Under the pieces are notes generated by a model. The model was not told the origin of the DNA and did not search any database. It saw only the letters and a program-made list of their open reading frames with translations. Below are positions 1 through 11,299 of a stretch of DNA of 64,000 nucleotides, piece by piece (within the stretch, counting starts at the first letter, position 1; the number at the start of each line of letters is the position of its first letter). The stretch comes from Hemiscyllium ocellatum (lineage: Eukaryota). The stretch is taken from NCBI RefSeq assembly GCF_020745735.1, contig NC_083416.1:44479131-44543130 (forward strand), read 5' to 3'. The translations under genes and the position numbers were made by a program.

Positions 1-975
1 CTTGTGGTAGTTACATATTTGCCTACATATTTTAATCTCTAACTATACTGAATATTGTTTCATGTGATCAGGATTCCTATGGATACTCAATTTTTCAAGG
101 GAAAGTGATATTAATCTTGACCTTGCATATTATGTTGATATTTTTATAGCAATAATTAATTTTGAGAGAAAAAAAACCACTATGGAAACAGATTGCAGAT
201 TAGCTGCAAAGGAGATATACAGTTTGTTATATATGTACATTATCAAACCTTTTTAGGGCTTTAAAAATTAGGAAACATGACAAACCTTGAGCACCATTTC
301 TTTGAACAAACCTCAGATGAGATCTGATTTTATATTTTGCTGACAATGAGCTACATCTTTTTTTGTATTTAAGGCACCGATGACCAACTGGCGTTTTCTG
401 AAAATACTGCAACTATTGTCATAGACCAGATTTAATATATTGTATTAATTTGATGTGCACCATTTTGCAATGAAGTATGAGTGATTCAAATTGGATGCCT
501 AAAATTTATAATATACTGTAAAGTTTTTCAGTTCCACTTGATCCAAAATATACATTTTGTGGCAGTGGCAATTAAATTGGTGTCTCAACATTTAATGGGA
601 ATGAATTAGCTTTTTCGTGTTGAACAAATTCAAATGACTTATGTGAAATTTTAATGGATTGTAAAAGCTTGCATTTTGGATTATTTCTCAAAGTTCAATG
701 TAATGATTCATATGGATTCTCTGTATTTTGTTTTAAATGGTATGGAATTCAAGTTGACTGGTAGTATTATTGATTTAATGTGAATTTTGAAACTTCACAA
801 TGCTCTTTCTATCATTTTTTTTAAAGAAACGTTAAGCAATCTATTTAGTAAAGAATTGTATTTAGTAAAGAATTCGATTGGAACTTTTCATCCTCAAAGG
901 GGGCAGAAAATGTGACATTCAATTTTAGTGCTTGTTGGTTACAATAATTAAAATAAAGATTTAAAGTTCAAATTT
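1..975 (+). other. Probable 3' UTR end of an upstream gene, with AATAAA at 952-957
   Basis: TE-free, very AT-rich, with ATTTA/TGTA motifs and an AATAAA followed by T-rich sequence. No coding exon seen, so this is inference only. Confidence 0.35.
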
Positions 976-1577
976 TATGCTAATTGGAAAGAATAGTTTA
1001 TTCTCATATGGTAGATTGGCATCTCCCTTTCCATTTCCGTGTCTCAGCATTCTTCACAGATCCTTCCCCTGGTATCTGGGGTGTTAATGTATTCTCTTCG
1101 CATACAGATGAATTTAATTCTACACCCAAATACGTCACTGTTTGTGTGGTCTTTCCTGTCTCTTGGCACAATCCCTCTTTCTCCCTCCACCATTAAACAA
1201 AATTTACAGCTATCTTTTATTATGACACATTGCTTGTGTAATTTTGCTTGAAATGTAAAAAAACTAATTAAAAGATTCCCTTTTTTTCAGAATGATTAGC
1301 TTTTCTTCTGAATGTGCCTCAAAGATCCCCCTTCTACTTTATTTTAAATTTAATGCTTCTCAGACCTCCTGGACATGTCTGACAAATGTCCATTCACTTC
1401 CAGTATAATCTTTGATCGCTTTTCCTATACTCAACATAAAATAGTTATTCAATTTGTTTCCAAAGTTGGTTTTCCTTCCGTTTAGCTATTTAGTAACTGG
1501 GGAACTCAACAGCTCACATTATGCTTACATTACTGCTTGCTTCTGTAACTGCATGATCCTCAAGTACGTGAAAATCT

Positions 1578-1672
1578 AGTCTCTGACGAAGGGCTTATGC
1601 CCGAAATATCGATTCTCCTGCTCCTCGGATGTTGCCTAGCCTGCTGTGCTTTTTCCAGCACCCCACACTCTC
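1578..1672 (+). mobile_element. Short Penelope-like terminal repeat (pLTR) with minimal hammerhead ribozyme motif
   Basis: CTGACGA-A-GGGC-TTAT-GCCC-GAAA-TATC at 1583-1610, followed by the tail GATTCTCCTGCTCCTCGGATG...TTTTCCAGCA shared with copies at 41.7, 42.3 and 47.9 kb. Possible decayed TSD TCCTCAA... at 1557 and 1673. Confidence 0.8.
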
Positions 1673-2639
1673 TCCTCAATTTCACATGATAATTATACCC
1701 TTTAGCCCTAAGTTGAGTGGTTGCAGGAAGGTTCAATGCCATTGACAAACACTGAATCAGCTATATCTGGTTAGAGATGTTCATGAGGGGAAAAGAAAAT
1801 GGTTATAACATTGGGCAGGCGATTATGAATCTGACAGTAACAGCCAGGTGCTTAAGCCAACTGACTTTGGTATATGAATCCAGAATAAAATTCCATTGAC
1901 TTCAGATGGCCACCGTGCCTTAGATCAAGTACTCTTACATCAGCTGTCAGATTTCTTAGGGTAATTGAATAAAATCTCAATACATAATGTTGAAAATATT
2001 TTATTATAAGCAGGATACACATTATGGCCCATAAACAAATAACCAAATTTATTTTTTTATTGAATTGAGATTTTTACTAGTGCTTTGATGATTGAGTTCT
2101 TGCCACAATTTTATGAAACCCATAAATGTGAATTCACTTACTGTTCCATTATGAAATTTTTTTTAATCCCTTGTTATTTTTAAAGCCAAGAATATACAGA
2201 TGCACCAGTTACAGGTAGATCTCAGACATTTAGAAATACTGAAGAGACTGAATGATGTTTGCTTTATTTGGAGGACAGACTTGCACTTAACGACACAAAT
2301 GCAAAACTCAGCATCAGGCTTTTCTGTGCAAGAAGGAAGAAGATTACTCATTTCAGGTCTAGATATGAATGAGTGCCCAAAGCTAAGTCTAGATATGAAT
2401 CACTGCCTTTCCTTACTTATGCTGCATAATTTGGTGAGTGTTCTGAGCATTTGATATTTCTTATATTTCAGATTTCCTGCATCTCTGCAGTTCTTTAATT
2501 TCTGCATTTTCAAAGCATTGGAAATGCTTTGGCTTTAGGAAATTGTTTGGTATTAAACAGATGGATGGAGGTAACAACGCTTAACATTATACAGTGGATT
2601 TTCTGATGTTCAGTCATGGAGGCGCCCTGTTTTTACTAA

Positions 2640-3730
2640 ATTCGTCTGTTAAATATGCTATTGCTGGCCAGGCCAGCATTTGTCGCCCATCCCCAACAGA
2701 CCTAGAGATGGTGGTGGTTAGCTTTCACCATGAACTGCTGCAGTCCATATGGTGTATGTACACCTACAATGTTGCTGAGAAGGGAATTCCAGGATTTTGA
2801 CATAATTGCAGTGAAGGAATAGCAATATAGTTCCAAGTCAGTAGAGAGTTTGGCCTTTTCTCGGTGGAAGAGATCACAGGTCTGGAAAGTGCTTTTGAAA
2901 GAGCCTTGAGCATCCTGTATATGACTTTCACTACTGGAACTGTGTTTTAAGATACTGATGCCAGTCAAGTGATCTGCTTTGTCCTGGATGATGTCAAGCT
3001 TCTACAGTGTTGTTGCAGCTGTATTCATTAATTAAATGGACAGAATTGCATACACTCCTAATTTGTGCCTTGTAGATAGTGGACAGGGAGTTGACAGATG
3101 AGTTCCTCACCACAAAATTTCCAGCCTCTGGCCTACTCTTGCAGCCACAATATTTTATGACTGGCCCAGTTCAGTTTCTGATGAATGGCAGTTCTGAAGA
3201 TGGTTTGCTGGGAAATTTAGTAATGATATTGTTATATATAATCATGGGGAGATGATTAGATTCTGTCTTGTCTCAGATGGTCATTGTCTGGCACTTGTGT
3301 GGCACGACCTTTACTTGGCCACTTAGCCCAAGGTTGGATTTTGTTTATGACATGCTCTATAATGATCTGGACTGCTTCAGTGTCTGAGAAGTCATGAGAG
3401 GTCGTCAGCAAACGTCCCAACTTTAGATCTTATGATAGAGGGAAGCTCATTAATAAAGTAGATGAATTGTTTGGGACCATAACAGTTTCCTGCCATGATG
3501 GCCTGCAACTGAAATGGTTACCTTTCAATAGCCATAGCCATCTTCCTTTATTCCCAGGTATGACTTAAGAACTAAGCTCTCCCCTTCCCATTTTCCTATT
3601 GAATTCAGTTTCATAAGAGGTCCCCTTGACAGCATTTGACTGAGTCGACCTTGATAGAAAGGGCAGTCATTCTTGCCTAACCCTTGATTCAGCTTTTTCA
3701 TGCATTTTGGACCAAGGTGGTAATGAGCTG
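2640..3730 (-). mobile_element. Degenerate CR1-clade LINE, second family ('LINE-B'), 3' part
   Basis: Starts with the reversed tail GCTGGCCAGGCCAGCATTTGTCGCCCATCCC; homologous to 17925-18495, 20870-22065 and 57260-57720. Confidence 0.7.
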
Positions 3731-6274
3731 AATGGTCTGTGAGCAGAAATCGTAGAGTTCTTGCCTCTTTCTCTCATTCTTTTATTCCTTCAGTATCTGG
3801 CTGTTTGCATCACAGCCTGATGAAAATGTAAATAGTTATATCAATAGCAATACTAATTAGGTGATTACTTGGGGTTTTCTTTTTTTGCTTTCAAGATTTA
3901 ACAGCTTTCATTTTCTGTTCAAAAACGCAAATTAAACTGAGAAAAATCTCTCCTTCCACTATCTCTGTCTGACAACTTAATATACTTTGTGTTTAAGTTT
4001 AGCAGTAACTTAGATAATAAGCAGCTGTTAATAGGAGATATTCCATTTGTTTAAAATTGAACCATTTTAAATAAACACCTATTGAGATAGGGAAAGTCAC
4101 TTAAGTGGATTTTCAACTTGATTGCTCGGTTTAAATTTGCATTCTGGATCAGTTGTTCATTTATTTAAAAAAAATCCGTTTTATTTTCCATTAAATTCAT
4201 TAAAAATGAAAATCAGTCAATTTGTTTAAATAGGAACTGATCTGTCTCTCCATTTCTATGTCCACACAGAAGATAAAAAGCCACTCTGTGTCTTTGATAT
4301 GCCACCTGAACTTAAAAAGAATGCAAAATATAATCTATAACAGAACTATATTCATACAGCTTGACATTTCCATTCCTTTTACAGAAGCACACTACTTTGT
4401 TATTATAAAAAAACACCCTTAAATTGACCTTTTTTTCTTCTTTGGAAATAATTTTGAAATGTAACTGTGCAAGAATTGCGAGATGCTGATGAATGTTCCT
4501 GTGGTTCAGCTGAGTAAATGTTGCTGACGCATCATGGGAAATTGGATGCACTGCACATAATCAGACAGCACAATCTGCCTTCAGTAACAGAGGCCTGGTT
4601 TGGGGCAGAGCATCATGTTTAAGTCAATTTTCTTTTAAACAAGAGATGAGCCTTTTAGTAAAATCTTTAATCAAAGAGAATGCAAGTGACAATTTGGCCA
4701 TAATAATGAATTATGTAATTGTACAATATTTAAGATGTTAAATCCTTCTCAAAACATTTTGAATGATTTGTGGAAAAGATAAAGTGCCACTTAGTGGCTT
4801 CACACATTATTACGTTTTAGTGTTGCAAGTAAGTGTTAATTTGGTAAATGTTATGCGAAAAATCACTTTGGTAAATGTTGTGAAAACTTTCTAATGTGAA
4901 TTTGTGACACAGGGCACATGCCACCATAGACAAGGTTATTAATATAAAAATATAACGAGCATAAACATTTCAAAGGTATGTATAATGAAAACTCTACTTT
5001 TCCTAATTTACACGTGCATAGCACTGAAAAGACTACTGCTTGTGGGAACAACGGTTGTGTGACATTGCAGTTGTGCTAACATGACCCAAGGTCTATTATA
5101 TGTCTTAGAGAACTCAACTAAAGATGAAAGACAGCCAGTCATGTATAGTGAATTGAACAAAAATTATATTTTAATACTTTTCATTTGCAGCTAAGTTCAA
5201 ATAACATGAATTGGCCTTTACATGTTTCAAAAATTGATACACATCTTTCACTAAGTTATGTGTATATAGCAGTATTACTGAAAATGGACACAATTTATTT
5301 TGAACTTAAATCAGTTTTCTTAGAGATGCATGGGATGTTTTATAAAGATTATCTGAAAATACATTTACCGTGCAGATTGTATTGTAATCTTGTAGTGTTG
5401 TGTAATGAAAAGGGAAATGATTATTTTTAAAATACAAATTTAATTAAATCAGCACTAAACTAAATAAATATTAAAATATTATGTTTGGTGTATCCTTATT
5501 ACTGAATTGTTTTAATTTCAGCTCCTTAAATTCAAATAAAATTTTATACTATTAAATGTATAGTCTCTCCTTTGTTGGGGTACACTTTCTGGAACTGGAG
5601 TTGCAAATGCACAAAGCATATGAACTTAAACCTCAGTGAAACAAAACACGCAACATTTGAGTGAACTGTTCAATATAACAGTTGGATGCCTAAATAGTAA
5701 ACAGAGAAGATCACAATTCCACTGATGAGTAGGTTGCTGATTTATAGTTTTCAGAAAAACTGAATCTTAGGATTTCATGCCCAGAAAGTTAATGATCACA
5801 GAATCTGTTGTAATAAAAATGGAATCAAACCTACTCGATGTAAGTGGTTCTAATTATGAACAATAACGTGGCAGCTTCATGCAATCAAAACAGTATTTAA
5901 TTTGTTCAGTCAATATGAATAAGTGGCCATATTTGAGGTAACTCCTGCTGCATCTTAAAATGTGTGCTCATTGTTTGGGCTATTATCATGGATTATTCAG
6001 TGCATCCCTGCAATGAAGAAAACCTTTACTGCTCCCCACTGTTTTACTGAAATAAAAGGCCCCTTTTTCTCTTTGCAGATTGGAAAACGTACATAGAATT
6101 TAGACAAAGTAGGAAATCTAGTTGGATCTTCGGTATTTGTTATCCAGGGATAAGTCTTCATTTACCCAGTTTATACTCTTCTATCTGCACCATGTTGTGG
6201 TAGATGACGATAAATGTCTTCCACCTGATAGTACCTGAACACCTTCTGATATGTGCAGCTTTCCAGTCCAAGGA

Positions 6275-6560
6275 AGTGGGCAGCATGGTGAGCTATCTCA
6301 GTCACCCAAGGTTAAATTCCAGCCTTGGGTAACTGTCTGTGGGGATTTGTATATTCTCCCACTGTCTGAGTGGGTTTCTGCAAGATGTTCTGGTTTCCTC
6401 CCAGAGCCCAAGTATGAATAGGGTGGGGAGATTAGCCTTGATAAATGCAAGGTTAGCGGGATAGGGTGGGGGTTTGGGTCTGGGTGGAATGCTCCTGGGA
6501 GGGTCAGTGCAGACATGATGGGTCAAATAGTCTCTCTTTGCATTAATAGGATTCTTTGAT
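6275..6560 (+). mobile_element. HE1-like tRNA-derived V-SINE
   Basis: Decayed tRNA head, V-domain-like ATTCTCCCACTGTCTGAGTGGGTTTCTGC...GGTTTCCTCCCA and CR1-like tail; homologous to 27085 and 59750. Confidence 0.8.
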
Positions 6561-7384
6561 GCTAAGCTTGCAGAACCCATGGTTGAAAATACTGGTCTTG
6601 GATTTTTTGGGACACCTGGCTTTGATCTGTTTCCCTGGAAACTATTATATTTATTCTGTTAGTATTCATTGCTAAGTGAAGCATGTATTTCCGCCGATAT
6701 CAGATAGCAACATTTTTTTTCCATTATATTTTCAATAAACTAACCTCTTGTCACATGTGGTTAATTGCTCAGGTATGGATAGAGTATTTTGATGATTAAA
6801 TGAAACTAAATAATAGACACCATCAGTGAATTTGTCATTTCATTCCTCATGTTGTATGGATGTGCATTTTAACATTTCTTTTTGCATTAACTGCTGAAAC
6901 AAAAATCTCAGTGAGAGAGCATTTTGAACATTGTCTGTGCTTTCTTTGCTTGGCTGCTGTTTATTAATTATCAGCAATTACAATCCAAAATGGTTTCTAT
7001 CGCAAAAATGGTATAACTCAGCATTGCACCATGGAAATGTCAGTACCATTGCAGGGAGTGAATGTAATCATGTCAGTTCAACCAACTGAGGATAACTGTC
7101 CAGCCCAGTGAAACCAACGAATGGCAAGCAGCTTGAACAGAGGAAAGCACATTCAACCATGTTCTGGATAAAGAGTAGTTGCATCTCCAGCATAATCTCT
7201 CTGTGCAAGTCAACCTTTTGTGACAATTGTTCTATTGCCAAAAGTACCTCCTTTAACTTCTGGACAAGATCAAGAAGCTTCATTAAAATATGGTTTAGCT
7301 ATAAGTTAACAGCAGTATTCAAAGCTTTTGTGAAAGGGCTTGAGCTGATTCGTTATAGATACCTATTAGTATGTACATTAAGTA

Positions 7385-7505
7385 GAGGATTAATGTGTTC
7401 AGTGGTGATGACCCCACCTCTGAGCCAAGAGACCTGAATTCAAATTCTTTCTGCTGTAGAGGTGTATAATAACACTGTTGAACTGGTTGATTAGAAAATA
7501 TCTAC
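7385..7505 (+). mobile_element. Short (~120 bp) tRNA-derived SINE
   Basis: A-box-like TTCAGTGG and B-box-like AATTCAAATTC; homologous to 27930-28040, 47540-47640 and 61365-61470. Confidence 0.6.
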
Positions 7506-8489
7506 ACATTAAATATATGTACTTGTGTTTAAAATGTTTTCTAGTAAAATTCGTGAACGTTGCTCTAAGAACATTGTAGTCATACTTATGCCTAGTTAGC
7601 TTTTTCTCTTCGACAACATTGTCTTCAAGTAAGGCAGGCAGAACTTCAATGTACAATGTTTTGTAGAGAGACGAATGCTGTCCCAATTGACAAGATCTGA
7701 ACATTTTTTAAAACCAGATACTGTTGCCATTTAATATTATGCCATGCACAGGTTCTCAGAATCAGATTAAAAACAACCTTATCACAACTTTTCTATTTAT
7801 GCGTTAGTGTGCAGTGCTGAATGAACCTTGTATTTAGATCTGTATAAAATTCATATCATATTGTGACTTCGCAAAAATACGTACTTAGAGCAGACAATTG
7901 CTGTTTTGGATGTCCAGATCTTTATCACCTTGCCATGCACTGTCTTGGAACAAGCAAGGAGGAGTTATTTTTGCCATCCAATTTTAAAGTAATTAGGGCC
8001 ATTTAACCATGAAACAATAATTATGATGTTCAATGAATGAGTGACATACAGTGGAGCATCACTGATATTTCCTGGGAAAAGTATTTAAAAAGACTACAGC
8101 ACATCAAGACATTGACTACAGCGTCAAGTTCTTCATTTGTCTCATTTTGTGTGGAAGGAGCAGCAGAATGTGAAGAATAAAAGCTAAGTGTTCAATTATT
8201 TATTCATACTTTAATATTCAATTATTTAGTATATTAAGGAGCAGTGCTTTAAAAAATTAATATGCAAGAGGCAAGACCGAATGAAATCCATATGCTTTAA
8301 GCACATAGATGTAGCTGCCTAATATTCTAAACTGTGAAATATAACTAATAGAAACCAAATTAATTCAACTGATAATTATAATGTAGCACTGAAAGCAAAT
8401 GAGCAAATCAAGGTAAATAAATAACAAGGTAAATTAATTTTAGTGTAAGCACTGTGTAAGCTATAGAAAATGAAAATTTGTGAACAGAA

Positions 8490-8672
8490 CTAGTGGAGGC
8501 TGGTACAATTACAGCATTTAAAAGGTATCAGGATGGGTTTATGAATAGGAAGGGTTTAGAGGGATATGGGCCAAGTGCTGGCAAATGGGACGAGATAGGT
8601 TAGGATATCTGGTTGGCATGGATGAGTTGGACTGAAGGGTCTGCTCCTGTGCTATACAGCTCTTTGACTCTA
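8490..8672 (+). mobile_element. CR1 (HER1-like) LINE 3' end
   Basis: Closely matches the reverse complement of 23292-23475; ends in GACTCTA tail. Confidence 0.9.
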
Positions 8673-9039
8673 ATAGGATTGCCCCCACTGAAAAGTGAAA
8701 ACTTCTGGTTGAGTCACTTTGGCTCAAAGATATTGAGCTGGAGCATGAGACACTCCAAAATAATTCAGAATAGTTTCATCAGGTATAGAGGGACAAAAAA
8801 AGTATGTTGTTTATTGAGAACTCGGGGGTGCAGAGGAGGAAGGACACTAGAAATAGGTGCTGACCCACATGTGTGGCATACCTTCTATCTTTAGGCACAA
8901 GGAAGGAAGCTATGGGGAAGTTGATAGGGGAAGAGGCAGTCCAATGGGCAAACTATTGAATAGAAATGGGGAACTAAATTGGGGGTGGGGGCAAGGAAGG
9001 GATATGAATGCCCAGATACACACACTACTTTGCTAAAAG

Positions 9040-10365
9040 CTAATGCTTCTATATAAATCGAAAAATGCTAATGGAATATTGGCCATATTGTCAACAGGTT
9101 TCAAATACAAAGAGAACACTCTGCTTCAAATTGTATGAACTTTAGTACTGCACTCAATTTTAGGTGCTGCACCTCAAGAAAGATGATAACTGTGAAGAAA
9201 TGGAAGTACAAGTAGAATATGCAGTCCCTTAAAACTGGTCCTCCATTCAATAAGATCATGGCTAAAATCTTTACTCTGTTTGCTTTTCACTTTATAGTCA
9301 TTTCCTTTAAGTCTAAAAAAAACTTAAGCATATACAATAACTGAGCATCTGCAGCCCATTGTGGTAAAATTCTAAAGGTTCATGAAACTCTGTGTTGGCG
9401 ATTCTTTATATTCCATCATCTCATCATTGAGACTATGACTCCATCCTCTGGCCTCTCCAGTTAGTGAAGTCAACCCCTTAGCACTGTCAATCCCTTCTTT
9501 ATGGGATATCTCTCATTCTTCTAAATTCCAGAGCGTGCCAGTTCATTCTACTTCATCTGTACTCGGAACAGCCCTCTCATTCTAGTGCATCTTTGTTACA
9601 GACTTTGGAATGCAAGTAAAAAATGGAAACCTTACTGTACTTTGTGTGGTCCCATCAAGACCTTATATAATTGTAGGAAGCCTTCCTTATCTTTAAACTG
9701 CAGCTGTCTTCCTCTAAAGAGCAACATGTGATTACCTGTATGCTAACTTTATGCAATTTGTACACAAGGGTGCATACATCCCCTGACTACTAACACTTAT
9801 TTTCCCCCATCTTTTTCAAAATATTACTTTTTCCAAGCTTACTATCAAAGTGGGTAAATTCACAGTTCAACACGTTAGATTTAACGTGCCTCCATCACTT
9901 TGCAAATCACATACAATCTACAATCCTTTGCAGGTTCTCTCTATGTCCTCACAGGAAAAACTGACTGTTACCAGGATTTGTATACATCACAAGGACATAT
10001 TGCATAAGCTTGAGTTACATTCGCTTAAGTTTAGAATTTAAGTAGAGATAATGAGACTTTTTTCTCTGGTGCAGGAGTCTTGAACGAGCGTGTACAATCA
10101 TCGAATTAGAGCTATGTCATTGTGATATTGTTTAAAAACATTTTCCACACAAAGGTGAGTAAAGGCGGAACTTTTTTTTCCTCTCCAAAAGACTGTGGAT
10201 ACTGGATTTACAGAACTCTTCAGTGCGCTTGTTAGATTTTTTTAAGAGGTAAGGTCATCAACGAATATAGAACAAAGACTGAGAAATAGAATCATGATGA
10301 ACTGTGATCCAATAAATGATGTGGGTAGCTTGAGTGACGGAACGATCTATTGCTGTATTCCTTCA
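9040..10365. mobile_element. Cluster of old CR1 fragments (about 9040-9190 +, 9220-9900 -, 10040-10365 +)
   Basis: Decayed similarity to the CR1 RT C-terminus and 3' UTR. Confidence 0.5.
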
Positions 10366-10804
10366 GGTTCATCACCGATACGTCTAATATGTCAGAGTAG
10401 GATCACGAAGTGCTACTCATTTACAAATATAGGGTCAATTAGTTCAGGTGGTTATAAAGAGGGGTGCTTAATGGAGGCGACAGTGCAGACTCAGCCCCTG
10501 GATCTGTGGCGGAAGTTCTTAGAGCCTGCATCCTCTCCTTGCTATATTCTGATAACATGACAAAAACTGTTTGAGATAGAAACGTGTGGAAAGCTATGAT
10601 AACTCATGTTCCCAAAACTTAGGATGCTCTAAAATGATTGAATTGTTTAAAACAAAAATGAAAATTGGGATCTACGTGTATTTTACTAAACGCTAACTAC
10701 CGGAAATCGGACTGAGAAGTAATTTGGTTTGTTATTCACTCATTCCAAAACTAAGTCGCACCTTCAGTCAACCTGCAAGAGTACCGTACGGATTCAAATA
10801 TAAA

Positions 10805-10885
10805 TGTTCTAAGGATCACAGGGCCCAAAACGTTAACTTTGATTTCTCTGCCCAGATGCTGCCATACCTGCTGAGCTTTCCCAGA
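10805..10885 (+). mobile_element. Old Penelope pLTR fragment with decayed hammerhead (long stem II variant)
   Basis: GGATCACAGGGCCCAAAACGTTAAC...CAGATGCTGCCATACCTGCTGAGCTTTCCCAG. Confidence 0.6.
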
Positions 10886-11299
10886 GGTAACATGTAATGT
10901 TACATTTACGGGACAGGATGCCCGACATGTCTTCCCAGGAAATGCCTTGAGTGATGAGGCGCGAAAATGGATGGTATGTGTGTTGTGATCCAGGAGTAAC
11001 CTCTGAATGTTTCTGCCTTATGCTGTAAGGACATACATCAGATGCCTCCGGGGGAGACCCAGTTAAAATGAAGGACTATACTCGAGCTTTTACAGCAGAG
11101 GCCGAAAATAATTCTGAGTATCATGACCCATTACTTCAAGGATAGATTATCTTGACTTGAAAAATAAATCTTAGAAACGTTGCAGGAATCCTTAACCTAA
11201 AATGCATAAAGTTGTTACTCGTTTTTGGAAACTTTTGATATTGCTTGAAGGTGTTGTATGTTTGCTTTAGTTAGGATCCCATGTTGCCAGCCTTCCCTG

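Noticed and set aside
842-874. Tandem duplication TATTTAGTAAAGAATT (period 17)
   Set aside because: Two copies only, with no evidence of function.
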